64,000 bases of DNA from Escherichia phage JM10: the sequence record PP400777; one strand, 5' to 3'. How positions within the stretch are numbered: the stretch's first letter is position 1; every line of letters begins with the position of its first letter. Below, piece after piece: positions 36,036 through 45,404 of this stretch. Made by a program: the position numbers and the translations under genes. Under the pieces are notes generated by a model that did no database searches, had not been told where the DNA came from, and saw only the letters and a list, made by a program, of their open reading frames with translations.

Positions 36036-36500
36036 TTATTTAATTTGTTTAGCAGACCAGATACGGTCTTTAATAAGTTTTTGGATATCTTCAACATACT
36101 CAAGGCTATGAGCGTGAGGATTATCTTTGAAGCTATGTGCTCGTGCCAGTTTCTGGCCTTCTGTTTTGATTACTAAAAGCTCTTTAAGAATTGCTTCATA
36201 CTTAGAAATAATTCCTTTGGCGATATTTTTTTCTTGAGCTGCTTTAGGGTCTGCTTTTGGCGCAGGTGCTTTACCTGTAGCTTTCTGGAACAATTCACCT
36301 GATGCAGCTAGGCTTTTAAAAACTCGGCTAACAGTATTAGCATTAGTAAAACCTTCGGCTTTAAAATCTCTAATAAAACGGAAACGTTCTTCATCAGAGG
36401 CGTCTTTGTAAGAATATTTACCTGCTTGAATTGCTGCAATCGCAGCGGCTTTTACATCTGAACTAGATTGTTCAGTCAAAAATTCAGCGTATGATTTCAT
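36036..36500 (-). CDS. internal protein-like (CTS-bearing), 154 aa
   Basis: Starts MKSYAEFLTEQ (CTS-like); AGGAAAAG RBS; an AATAAATAG late-promoter-like element lies upstream. Confidence 0.55.
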   Translation of the reverse strand: MKSYAEFLTEQSSSDVKAAAIAAIQAGKYSYKDASDEERFRFIRDFKAEGFTNANTVSRVFKSLAASGELFQKATGKAPAPKADPKAAQEKNIAKGIISKYEAILKELLVIKTEGQKLARAHSFKDNPHAHSLEYVEDIQKLIKDRIWSAKQIK

Positions 36501-36545
36501 GTTGCTTTTCCTAAGTTAATTAACTTATCTATTTATTATTATGCC

Positions 36546-36572
36546 AAAAAGCCCCAACCTTTCGGAAGGGGC
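36546..36572 (-). terminator. rho-independent terminator downstream of the tRNA/stable-RNA cluster
   Basis: Same hairpin as 21930-21951, followed by TTTTT on the minus strand. Confidence 0.6.
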
Positions 36573-36614
36573 TATATACCTTGTCGGGGTTCCACCTGCT
36601 AAGGCAAGTGTTTG

Positions 36615-36707
36615 TACGAAACGCCGGGATTCGAACCCGGTTATTAAGCAGTTGACGCTACTCAATATTTTTAAAAGGCCATATCTCGACCATATCCGAA
36701 CGTTCCG
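36615..36707 (-). ncRNA. tRNA-like element / candidate stable RNA
   Basis: Canonical T-arm CCGGG-TTCGAAT-CCCGG and 7-bp acceptor pairing (CGGAACG/CGTTTCG), but 93 nt long and no clean D or anticodon arm could be folded by eye. Confidence 0.3.
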
Positions 36708-36880
36708 TCAAAAACGCTACTCGGCTTACGGCAAAGATATTTCCTCGAATCGATAATTCGGTGCGCCGTTTCTGCTGTGATGTAAGGGGATATTAACAAA
36801 TCATAAAGATTTATTAAGACCAGTCCTTACTCAGGGAACATCAGTCCGACGACTTACCGGTAGCGACCCGGCTTCTTATT

Positions 36881-36957
36881 TGGTCGAGGCAGAAGGATTC
36901 TAACCTTCAACCTACGGATTAGAAATCCGTTGCTCTATACAATTGAGCTATGCCTCG
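36881..36957 (-). tRNA. tRNA-Arg (anticodon UCU)
   Basis: Cloverleaf read by eye: acceptor CGAGGCA/TGCCTCG, D stem GCTC/GAGC, anticodon loop TTTCTAA, T arm GAAGG-TTAGAAT-CCTTC, CCA encoded. Confidence 0.8.
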
Positions 36958-36963
36958 AATATA

Positions 36964-37037
36964 TGACCCAGACCAGATTCGAACTGGTAACCTTTCCCTT
37001 ATGAGGGGACTGCTGCTAACCATTGAGCTACAGGGCC
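36964..37037 (-). tRNA. tRNA-Ile2/Met-like (anticodon CAU)
   Basis: Acceptor GGCCCTG/CTGGGTC, anticodon loop CTCATAA, T arm ACCAG-TTCGAAT-CTGGT; the D stem is imperfect as read. Confidence 0.6.
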
Positions 37038-37158
37038 TAAATAACTTTCTATTATGAAAGGCACTTTAGAGTACCTTTGGTAATAGAGGGTATGAATTAA
37101 TAATAACACATAATTCTTAAAGCAAATCAATCATTTTAACAGTTGGCAAAACGATTTC

Positions 37159-37443
37159 TCACCATATTTTGTATGTGTTCTGAATGCAATCAAGTCCTAA
37201 AGGATTCTTGAAAATATCATATTCAAGAGGGCCTTTTTCTGTTTCAATAAAGAAATCAAAGTTCACTGTATTAAATTTACGGTCTTCCCATAGTAATTTG
37301 ACCTGTGAAGACGAACGGTCGATATAAACCTTTTCAACCTCAAAGTTAGTCAGAATACCGTAGTCATTAACTAGTGCTTTAGCTGCACGTTGATCGCTTT
37401 CGTATCCATTCTCAACGGATTTTACCTTAGCGTAAAGAATCAT
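37159..37443 (-). CDS. hypothetical protein
   Basis: 94-aa ORF. Confidence 0.5.
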   Translation of the reverse strand: MILYAKVKSVENGYESDQRAAKALVNDYGILTNFEVEKVYIDRSSSQVKLLWEDRKFNTVNFDFFIETEKGPLEYDIFKNPLGLDCIQNTYKIW

Positions 37444-37802
37444 GAATGTTCCACCATTTCAAAGGTATGAGCATCAACAATATGATACCAGTCAAAATTT
37501 TCTTCTGCGTTTTTATAAATTTCGCGAAGAGCCTCAACAGTTTTTCCTGTAGCAACAAGGTCGTCAATACCGCCAAGAGGATAACAGTCATAACCAGCAA
37601 ACAGAAGGAAATTAATAGTTTCTGTAGGTTCTGGATGCAGAACACCGTTATCGTCTACCACTTCAAAGAAAGTGTAAGAAGGAGTACAAGTTTTAATCCA
37701 AGCCCATGCTTGAGCCGCTGAATCAAATGGTCTGCGTATCAAACGACAATCAGGGTCTTTAGAAGGATTTGCTTCAAAATCCGCATATACGTGATATTTC
37801 AT
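37440..37802 (-). CDS. hypothetical protein
   Basis: 120 aa from MKYHVYADFE…; GGTGA RBS. Confidence 0.5.
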   Translation of the reverse strand: MKYHVYADFEANPSKDPDCRLIRRPFDSAAQAWAWIKTCTPSYTFFEVVDDNGVLHPEPTETINFLLFAGYDCYPLGGIDDLVATGKTVEALREIYKNAEENFDWYHIVDAHTFEMVEHS

Positions 37803-37803
37803 T

Positions 37804-38010
37804 TTACTCACCTTTTGCAATTTTATCCATAACGATAGCGATTAAGCCGATTAGAAATGCTACTACCAACGAGATAGAGTTTTCAGTTGTTGTCAGTAGT
37901 CCACAAATGAATCCTACAAACATCGAAAAACTAAAAGCCATTGAAGCAATTACTACAGCAACATTACGAATCAGTTCAGCGCGTTTCATTTTATTTCTCC
38001 ATTTACTCAT
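37804..38010 (-). CDS. small membrane protein
   Basis: 68 aa with two hydrophobic helices. Confidence 0.45.
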   Translation of the reverse strand: MSKWRNKMKRAELIRNVAVVIASMAFSFSMFVGFICGLLTTTENSISLVVAFLIGLIAIVMDKIAKGE

Positions 38011-38015
38011 TTGTT

Positions 38016-38058
38016 TTGATAGGACTACTATAACATAGCCCTATAGGCTTGTATACCT
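38016..38058 (-). promoter_or_regulatory. PeSL-like early promoter + stem-loop cassette
   Basis: Minus strand GTATAC-…-TTATAGTAGTCCTATCAA. Confidence 0.4.
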
Positions 38059-38322
38059 TTATTTCAAATATATTGCGTATTTTTTATAGCCACCAGGCTC
38101 GTGTCGAAGACCTTTATCATTCGCAAAACGTTGAATGTTATTGAACTGATTTTCATCAAGTTCGGATGTGTCAAATATGAAAAAGTTTCGTTTGTTACCA
38201 AGCGTGATATGCGGAGTTAAGTCAATGTTATACAAATTAAGAATATCAGCAATAACCTGATTGACCGCTTTGTTAATTTTCACACCAGACGATTCTGAGA
38301 TGAATTCGTTGAAAGTTTTCAT
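38059..38322 (-). CDS. internal protein-like (CTS-bearing)
   Basis: CTS-like MKTFNEFISES begins at the fifth codon of the ORF-track ORF; no clear SD at either ATG. Confidence 0.5.
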   Translation of the reverse strand: MKTFNEFISESSGVKINKAVNQVIADILNLYNIDLTPHITLGNKRNFFIFDTSELDENQFNNIQRFANDKGLRHEPGGYKKYAIYLK

Positions 38323-38342
38323 TTTAGGTTCCATTTGGTTGT

Positions 38343-38386
38343 TTTGATAGGACTACTATAACATAGTCCTACCATGATGTAAACTA
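38343..38386 (-). promoter_or_regulatory. PeSL-like early promoter + stem-loop cassette
   Basis: Minus strand GTTTAC-17-TTATAGT with inverted repeat GGTAGGACTA/TAGTCCTACC; near-identical to the 21424-21466 copy. Confidence 0.45.
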
Positions 38387-38695
38387 TTTTATGCCTTTAG
38401 ATGAAATAGTATTCTGGCGTTTGACCCCAGTTTGTGAAAAATCATGGTTATCAATTTGGTCAACTCGCATAACACCAAATGCGGATTTAATTTTGGCTTT
38501 TGAACCTTTTTTGATACTAATTATCATATAAGTATCATTTTTCTTATATTCGAAATTTGTTACTTCAACGCCTTGATTAGAAATTGACTTAATAATAGCA
38601 TTAGCGTATTCATCATCTAACGGACCGGTGGTGTTAATAATAAAATTTTTATCGGCTTTAGTAGCTTCAGCGATAAACTCTTGATAGGTTTTCAT
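38384..38695 (-). CDS. internal protein I-like (CTS-bearing)
   Basis: 103 aa starting MKTYQEFIAEA; sits upstream of 57B as T4 ipI does. Confidence 0.6.
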   Translation of the reverse strand: MKTYQEFIAEATKADKNFIINTTGPLDDEYANAIIKSISNQGVEVTNFEYKKNDTYMIISIKKGSKAKIKSAFGVMRVDQIDNHDFSQTGVKRQNTISSKGIK

Positions 38696-38718
38696 TTTAT
38701 TTCCTTGAGGTTGTTTAT

Positions 38719-38760
38719 TTGATAGGATGATAGTAACACACCATCATCCTTATGTAAACT
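38719..38760 (-). promoter_or_regulatory. PeSL-like early promoter + stem-loop cassette
   Basis: Minus strand GTTTAC-17-TTACTAT with inverted repeat GGATGAT/ATCATCC, then AGGAAA RBS. Confidence 0.45.
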
Positions 38761-38772
38761 GTTTTGTGAAAA

Positions 38773-39458
<686 letters not shown>

Positions 39459-39462
39459 TTTA

Positions 39463-40197
39463 TTACCTTAAGATTGTTTCAATTTTAGAATAAAGCTCTT
39501 CTAAAGAGCCGTCGTTTGTAATAACTAAATCGCCTTCTTCAATAGGCAACCCAGCTTCTGTAATATGTTTATCAGTGGATTCCGTACCAGAGCGAACCAC
39601 ATGAATAACTGTAGCACCCATCGCTCTAGCGGTTTCCATTTCATGGACTTGGCGTGTATCGGTTACAATATAGTAATCGAAATCACTTCCAATATAATCC
39701 ATATAGTTTAATGCAAAAAGCTTAACCCAATACATACGGTCAAATAAATTAACGACAACATCCGTACCGAGGGCTTGCATAAGACGGCGGACTGACCATG
39801 TGTCGTTGATATTATTTATAGCTTCACGCAGGACTTCATATGGTTTAATATCTAGATACGAATATCCGCCTTCTAACGATGATAATACTTTAACATTATT
39901 AATCGGTAAATATTGACTTTGCAAATAAATTAGCGCTTCTTCCAATAATTCAATAACATCCAACTTATTGAGATTTAATGGTGTTTCACGGTCATATCCA
40001 ATGCCTTCAAAGTATTCGTATTTCAACTCTGTGAATACATCAGGATTTTCAGCATGCCTACGTCCCCAGGCTATTGCTAGAGCGTCTTTAATTGGATACG
40101 CTAATTGGTATTTTACGGATTTAAAGTTTGAATTGATGTAATCAGCAGTAGTGTCTTTACCGCTACGTTTGATGCCACTTAAAAAGATTAGCTCCAT
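39463..40197 (-). CDS. 1: deoxynucleoside monophosphate kinase gp1
   Basis: 244 aa; P-loop LSGIKRSGKDT; colinear with my recollection of T4 gp1. Confidence 0.9.
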   Translation of the reverse strand: MELIFLSGIKRSGKDTTADYINSNFKSVKYQLAYPIKDALAIAWGRRHAENPDVFTELKYEYFEGIGYDRETPLNLNKLDVIELLEEALIYLQSQYLPINNVKVLSSLEGGYSYLDIKPYEVLREAINNINDTWSVRRLMQALGTDVVVNLFDRMYWVKLFALNYMDYIGSDFDYYIVTDTRQVHEMETARAMGATVIHVVRSGTESTDKHITEAGLPIEEGDLVITNDGSLEELYSKIETILR

Positions 40198-40250
40198 AGG
40201 TTTTCCTCATATAATTTATGAGTGATTATAACATACGGAGCTAGAAGCGA

Positions 40251-40841
40251 TTAACGCAAGGAAGGGTGTCTAGAAATGGATTTAGATTCGACCGCTTGAC
40301 GTGGTTGTTGAGATACAATGACTTCACCATCTTTTTCTATCGTCATATACGCATAGTGAATAGTTGCTACGCACGTAACGGCCGGGTCAGAATCTTCAGT
40401 GTAACTAAATTCAATTTCGCTCAGATCGGAAATCCATGGTTTATAGAAATTCGCCGTCAAAACTACTTCAGTCTTATTGTTGTTTAAAATGTGCAAAGTA
40501 ACAAACTCAGGGCCATCGGAGTGTGCAGTATTATGTCCGGTTATATAGTTATTAGTGCTGAGCATCCATTTATACATGTTCATCCAGGACGTCATGTCTT
40601 CATCAACTATAAATCGTACAACAAAAGGGTCATATTCAAATGTGGTGCCTGCACGCATTGCACGTCCTAACCCCATTGTGCCTGTCACAGTTTCAACAAC
40701 AGGAATTCTCACACCTGGCAACGGTGCCGTTTGGGCATTGAGCACAAAACCTGAAGTTCGTGTACTATCTGGGATATCCACAACAAAGTTTGTTATATTT
40801 GTTTGGTTAAAAATCTGTCTCGTTGGACGAGTCATAAGCAC
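40251..40841 (-). CDS. 3: tail completion / sheath stabilizer protein gp3
   Basis: 196-aa ORF between genes 2 and 1 as in T4; assigned mainly by synteny. Confidence 0.65.
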   Translation of the reverse strand: MLMTRPTRQIFNQTNITNFVVDIPDSTRTSGFVLNAQTAPLPGVRIPVVETVTGTMGLGRAMRAGTTFEYDPFVVRFIVDEDMTSWMNMYKWMLSTNNYITGHNTAHSDGPEFVTLHILNNNKTEVVLTANFYKPWISDLSEIEFSYTEDSDPAVTCVATIHYAYMTIEKDGEVIVSQQPRQAVESKSISRHPSLR

Positions 40842-40937
40842 CTCAAAAACGCTTTAATAAAAATGCAGTATAATGGTTTTAGGTCTCTTCCATTAATCTG
40901 GTTCAACAGAATATCAGAAGAACGGAAGAGAATAGAA

Positions 40938-41759
40938 TTAAGATTTCCAAACAGTATTCGCAGAGAAACGTTTTCCTTTTGACATAAACTGCTGAGTAGG
41001 TAACATGATTATGTTAGCCCAGTCTTTAGGAGCTATTTCTGTTATTGTTCCTCTAATGTGGCCTGGCAAGTATGCTTTAATCATTTTGTCAGCACCTTGA
41101 AATCCTTTCACCTTGCTCCAGTCTATCTTCAACTTTGTGTTATTAGTAATAGTAGTTGTGCTAGCATATTGCTTCAGCAATTCTTCAAGAAACTGTTGTC
41201 GTGCTTTAGGTGGGATATAGTGCAAGTTTAACCCATACATCAAATTATGTTTACCTAATCCTAAATAAATAATCAAAGGATATCTGTCCCAGTATGGCAG
41301 AGTATCTTTATGTTTAGCATCATACACGTAAGTATAAATTTTGCCTGGCGTAGGCTTGACTACTTTATGACCTTTTACACTTTTCTTAATTGTTTCAACA
41401 AACCACTTAGATGATTTGTTGTTTACTGCTGCGCCTTCATTTCTAATCTTTTCTCGTATTGAACTGCGAAACGAGTTTATCATCAGAAGTTGACGTTCTT
41501 GCTTATTGAGTTTATTTTTAGGTTTAGATTCAAGCGTTTCAATTTTCTGTGCAGTCTTAATAGATGATGCATATCTAGACATTGCAGATGTAAACGACGA
41601 GTATTTTATTCCTTTTGATTCTGCAAATGCTTTTGCAGTGATTCCTTTCTCTTTAGCTTTCTTGTATTCTAATCCTATCTCAATCCATTTTCTTTCATTC
41701 ATAGACTGAGCAATCTTAGGGGCTTGTACGCCTTCAGATATAATTTGGAATATGCTCAT
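40938..41759 (-). CDS. 2: DNA end protector protein gp2
   Basis: 273 aa (T4 gp2 is about 274 aa); basic protein; synteny 4-2-3. Confidence 0.75.
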   Translation of the reverse strand: MSIFQIISEGVQAPKIAQSMNERKWIEIGLEYKKAKEKGITAKAFAESKGIKYSSFTSAMSRYASSIKTAQKIETLESKPKNKLNKQERQLLMINSFRSSIREKIRNEGAAVNNKSSKWFVETIKKSVKGHKVVKPTPGKIYTYVYDAKHKDTLPYWDRYPLIIYLGLGKHNLMYGLNLHYIPPKARQQFLEELLKQYASTTTITNNTKLKIDWSKVKGFQGADKMIKAYLPGHIRGTITEIAPKDWANIIMLPTQQFMSKGKRFSANTVWKS

Positions 41760-41761
41760 AA

Positions 41762-42211
41762 TTACCCCTTGTATCCGAGTTTTCTAAGACCATCTTCGGT
41801 TAGAACTCGAAATTTTATATTTCTCTTTTCAGCAACAGCTGAGGCAGCTTTCCATTTGTCGCAGTTCACAGACCAGGTATATATTTCATTCATATAACGT
41901 TTCTTTGCTGCAGTCGTAAGATTTGCAGGCTTAATAGGTGGTTGAGTTTCTTTCTTTGGTTTTATTTCTACAAAGAACTCTTGACCTGATGCATCTTTCA
42001 TCCATATGTCCATATAGTATCGACGTTTCTTACCTTCAGCATTACAAAAATATGGAATTACTGCTGTTTCACTACCCCATGCAATAATTTCTGGATTTTT
42101 ATCCAACCATTCGAAAAAGAATTTTTCCCAGTTTGAACGATACGTTATTTTGGTATGGTCTCCACGGTATTTTTTTAAATTTTTTGGGACCCATTTACCA
42201 GAGTAGGCCAT
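41762..42211 (-). CDS. 4: head completion protein gp4
   Basis: 149 aa from [11 protein letters not shown]… with AAGGAGG RBS; the ORF-track N-terminal extension is rejected. Confidence 0.8.
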   Translation of the reverse strand: MAYSGKWVPKNLKKYRGDHTKITYRSNWEKFFFEWLDKNPEIIAWGSETAVIPYFCNAEGKKRRYYMDIWMKDASGQEFFVEIKPKKETQPPIKPANLTTAAKKRYMNEIYTWSVNCDKWKAASAVAEKRNIKFRVLTEDGLRKLGYKG

Positions 42212-42222
42212 GTTGTCCTCCT

Positions 42223-42230
42223 TATAAATA
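42223..42230 (+). promoter_or_regulatory. late promoter (TATAAATA) for gene 53
   Basis: Exact TATAAATA 43 nt upstream of the gene 53 start. Confidence 0.6.
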
Positions 42231-42237
42231 GTATTAT

Positions 42238-42245
42238 TATTTATA
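42238..42245 (-). promoter_or_regulatory. late promoter (TATAAATA) for genes 4-2-3
   Basis: Exact TATAAATA on the minus strand 27 nt upstream of the gene 4 ATG; divergent from the gene 53 promoter. Confidence 0.6.
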
Positions 42246-42272
42246 CCAATTTCATATTGGAAGGAGACTATC

Positions 42273-42848
42273 TTGTTATTTACATTCTTCGACCCAATAG
42301 GATATAGTGCTAAAACAGTTGATAAGAATGCACCTACTATTCCTATGACAGACATATTTCGTAACTATAAAGAGTACTTTAAGCGTGTTGCTGCCAATTA
42401 TAGATTACGTTCTTATTATATTAAAGGCTCTCCACGTCCTGAAGAACTAGCAAACATAATTTATGGCAACCCTCAATTATACTGGGTCCTTTTGATGTGT
42501 AATGATAACTATGATCCGTATTATGGTTGGATTACATCTCAGGAAGCAGCGTATCAAGCTTCTATTCAGAAATATGCTAATGCAGGCGGCGACCAAATTC
42601 TTTACCATATTAATGAGAACCGTGAGAAATTTTACAATTTAGTTTCATATCCAGACGAGCCTTTAGTGTGGTACGATAAAGGTGATGAAGCTCGTAAGTA
42701 TCCGCAATATAAAGGACCTTTAGCTGCAGTAGATACTTATGAAGCGGCAGTATTAGATAATGAAAAACTTCGTAAAATAAAAATTGTTGCAAAAGAAGAT
42801 ATAAACTCGTTTATCACAGATTTGATTCGTGAGATGGAGATTGCATAA
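42273..42848 (+). CDS. 53: baseplate wedge subunit gp53
   Basis: 191 aa; apparent TTG start 5 nt after GGAAGGAGA; colinear with my recollection of T4 gp53. Confidence 0.85.
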   Translation: MLFTFFDPIGYSAKTVDKNAPTIPMTDIFRNYKEYFKRVAANYRLRSYYIKGSPRPEELANIIYGNPQLYWVLLMCNDNYDPYYGWITSQEAAYQASIQKYANAGGDQILYHINENREKFYNLVSYPDEPLVWYDKGDEARKYPQYKGPLAAVDTYEAAVLDNEKLRKIKIVAKEDINSFITDLIREMEIA

Positions 42849-44581
42849 TGGAAATGATTAGCAGTAGCCTTAATTGGTTCGTGGGTGTTGTCGAGGACAG
42901 AATGGACCCATTGAAACAAGGGCGTGTTCGAGTACGAGTCGTAGGCCTGCATCCAGCACAGAGAGCACAAGGTGATGTACAAGGTATTCCTACAGAAAAA
43001 CTTCCATGGATGACTGTTATTCAACCTATTACGTCTGCATCAATGTCAGGTATTGGTGGTTCTGTTACAGGTCCTGTTGAAGGAACTCGAGTATATGGTC
43101 ATTTCTTAGACAAATGGAAAACAAACGGGATCGTACTTGGTACATACGGCGGAATCGTACGTGAAAAGCCTAATAGACTTGAAGGTTTTTCGGACCCGAC
43201 AGGCCAGTATCCACGACGTTTAGGTAATGATACGAACGTATTAAACCAAGGTGGTGAAGCTGGTTATTATTCAAACTCTAACGTAATTCAAGATAACAAC
43301 TTGGATTATGGTATAAACCCAGACGATACAGATTTAGCAAATATTCCAGAAGATGATGACCCTAATTTTACAATAACAGAAATGTTACGTCGTGACGAAG
43401 GTCTTCGTGATAAAGTGTATTGGGACCATCTCGGATATCCTACCGTAGGTATTGGACACCTTATCGTAATTGAAAAGACCCGAGATATGTCTCGAATTAA
43501 TAAATTGTTATCTGATCAAGTAGGGCGTGAAGTAACAGGAAATCCCGGGACCATTACATTAGAAGAAGCAACAGCGTTATTTGAGAAGGACCTTGCTAAG
43601 ATGCAGAAAGACATTCGTTCTAATTCTAAAGTAGGTCCTGTTTATGCTAAAATGAACAGATCTCGCCAAATGGCATTAGAAAACATGTGCTTCCAAATGG
43701 GCGTTGGTGGTGTAGCAAAATTCAATACTATGCTTAAAGCAATGGCCGAAGGCGATTGGAAAACTGCATACAAATCTGGACGCGATTCATTATGGTTCCA
43801 ACAGACTAAAGGACGCGCTTCACGTGTAACAACAATTATTTTAACTGGTAACATGGAATCATACGGTGTTCCTGTTAAAACACCACCTTCACCAGGAGTT
43901 GGTGCTGATTTAGTTACTAGAAATACCAATCCAGAAGACCCAGCCGGTCCTCCTGTTCCATTAGATTCACGCATCCTTTTTAAAGAACCGGAATCAAGTT
44001 ATCGTGGTGAGTATCCATACGTTCATGCTATGGAAACAGAAAGTGGTCATATCCAAGAATTTGACGATACTCCAGGTAATGAACGTTATCGCTTAGTTCA
44101 TCCAACAGGGTCATATGAGGAAGTTTCTCCGTCTGGGCGTCGTACTCGTAAAACTGTAGAAGACCTTTTTGACATCACTAATGGTGATGGAAACTTCTTG
44201 ATTTCTGGCGATAAGCTTGTTAACGTTGGTGCTAATGAAATATATTATAACATGGCAGACCGCCTCCATCAAATAGACGGCAATGACACAATCTTTATTC
44301 GTGGTAACCAATCTAAAACTGTTGAAGGCGATGGAACTCTTTACGTTAAGGGTAATATCAAAATAGTTGTTGACGGAAATGCAGATATTCTTGTTAAAGG
44401 CGATGCTAAAACTCAGGTCGAAGGGAATCATGATTACACTGTCAACGGAAACGTTAAATGGACCGTTAATGGTAATGTTGATATGACTGTTGCCGGGGAT
44501 TGGGCAGAAACAATGTCTACAATGAGCTCAGTAGCTTCAGGACAATACACTGTTGACGGATCTCGTATTGATATTGGGTAA
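42848..44581 (+). CDS. 5: baseplate hub subunit and tail lysozyme gp5
   Basis: 577 aa; internal lysozyme domain (…DEGLRDKVYWDHLGYPTVGIGH…) and C-terminal VxGxxxxx beta-helix repeats. Confidence 0.9.
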   Translation: MEMISSSLNWFVGVVEDRMDPLKQGRVRVRVVGLHPAQRAQGDVQGIPTEKLPWMTVIQPITSASMSGIGGSVTGPVEGTRVYGHFLDKWKTNGIVLGTYGGIVREKPNRLEGFSDPTGQYPRRLGNDTNVLNQGGEAGYYSNSNVIQDNNLDYGINPDDTDLANIPEDDDPNFTITEMLRRDEGLRDKVYWDHLGYPTVGIGHLIVIEKTRDMSRINKLLSDQVGREVTGNPGTITLEEATALFEKDLAKMQKDIRSNSKVGPVYAKMNRSRQMALENMCFQMGVGGVAKFNTMLKAMAEGDWKTAYKSGRDSLWFQQTKGRASRVTTIILTGNMESYGVPVKTPPSPGVGADLVTRNTNPEDPAGPPVPLDSRILFKEPESSYRGEYPYVHAMETESGHIQEFDDTPGNERYRLVHPTGSYEEVSPSGRRTRKTVEDLFDITNGDGNFLISGDKLVNVGANEIYYNMADRLHQIDGNDTIFIRGNQSKTVEGDGTLYVKGNIKIVVDGNADILVKGDAKTQVEGNHDYTVNGNVKWTVNGNVDMTVAGDWAETMSTMSSVASGQYTVDGSRIDIG

Positions 44582-44584
44582 TAT

Positions 44585-45100
44585 ATGGCACAAATACTTC
44601 CTTTAAATACCGACTTAGGAGAAGACATGGAAGGGGCGTCTATTGACGTCCTTTTTACTCCACAGTTAGAAACATCCGAAACTTTAGTGTCAATAAATAT
44701 AACAGATTATGAACCGACACAAGGCATTACGGTAGATGGTAATCGTTTATATGGAACATATGAAAGTGTGTTTAGCTTTTCTTCGGATGCATTGAAATAC
44801 CGATTAAATGATGATTTTGAAACCGCATCTTCATGGGATGATTTACCAAAAGATGAATCCACACAGTTATATTTGTGGAGGGCTCCTCAGAATCTTCGTA
44901 AAGTGTTTAGTTATACGGTTGAAATGATTTATAACTACCAAGAAGAAAGTTCATCAGGCGGTTCTAGAAGTGACTCTGGTACAGAACCTCCACCGGCTCC
45001 AGTACAAAAAACTCTTACTAAGGTTTATACAAAAACTATAGTAGGAAATTGGAGCAAATGGGCTCATCAATTACGAAACTATGTTTATGTGAGGCCGTGA
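44585..45100 (+). CDS. 5.1: gp5.1-like protein
   Basis: 171-aa ORF directly after gene 5. Confidence 0.6.
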   Translation: MAQILPLNTDLGEDMEGASIDVLFTPQLETSETLVSINITDYEPTQGITVDGNRLYGTYESVFSFSSDALKYRLNDDFETASSWDDLPKDESTQLYLWRAPQNLRKVFSYTVEMIYNYQEESSSGGSRSDSGTEPPPAPVQKTLTKVYTKTIVGNWSKWAHQLRNYVYVRP

Positions 45101-45102
45101 AA

Positions 45103-45396
45103 ATGTCTGGCTTAAGTTACGACAAGTGCATTACAACAGGTCATGAAGCGTGGCCTCCTACTGTAATAAATGCTTCCCAATCTAAAGTGTTCACCGGCGG
45201 TATTCCTGTTCTTGTGGCAGGAGACCAAATAACACCTCATACAGAAATTAAAAAACCATACGAGACTCATGGAGGTGTTACTGAACCTCGTACATCTAAA
45301 GTATACGTCACCGGTAAAAAGGCCGTTCAAATGGCTGACCCAATTTCATGCGGGGATACTGTTTCTCAGGCCTCGTCAAAAGTCTTTATAAAATAG
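45103..45396 (+). CDS. 5.4: PAAR-repeat spike tip protein gp5.4
   Basis: 97 aa from MSGLSYDK…; Cys/His and Gly-rich PAAR-like repeats; ATG 2 nt after the 5.1 stop. Confidence 0.7.
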   Translation: MSGLSYDKCITTGHEAWPPTVINASQSKVFTGGIPVLVAGDQITPHTEIKKPYETHGGVTEPRTSKVYVTGKKAVQMADPISCGDTVSQASSKVFIK

Positions 45397-45404
45397 GAAT
45401 TAAA

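Noticed and set aside
36615-36707. A third canonical tRNA
   Set aside because: The T-arm and acceptor stem are present, but the 93-nt length and lack of a foldable D or anticodon arm prevent a confident tRNA call; kept as a low-confidence tRNA-like ncRNA.
17038-38760. Possible CRISPR array suggested by the many near-identical 40-bp repeats
   Set aside because: The repeats are irregularly spaced (0.3-3 kb), each sits directly upstream of a gene start, they contain -35/-10 promoter hexamers, and no cas genes are present; interpreted as promoter/stem-loop cassettes.
43642-44628. Minus-strand ORFs inside gene 5 (43642-43974, 44111-44431, 44434-44628); the same reasoning applies to 55514-55880 in gene 12 and 58975-59466 in the 13/14 endonuclease ORF
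   Set aside because: Antisense to long conserved late structural genes; no independent start signals.
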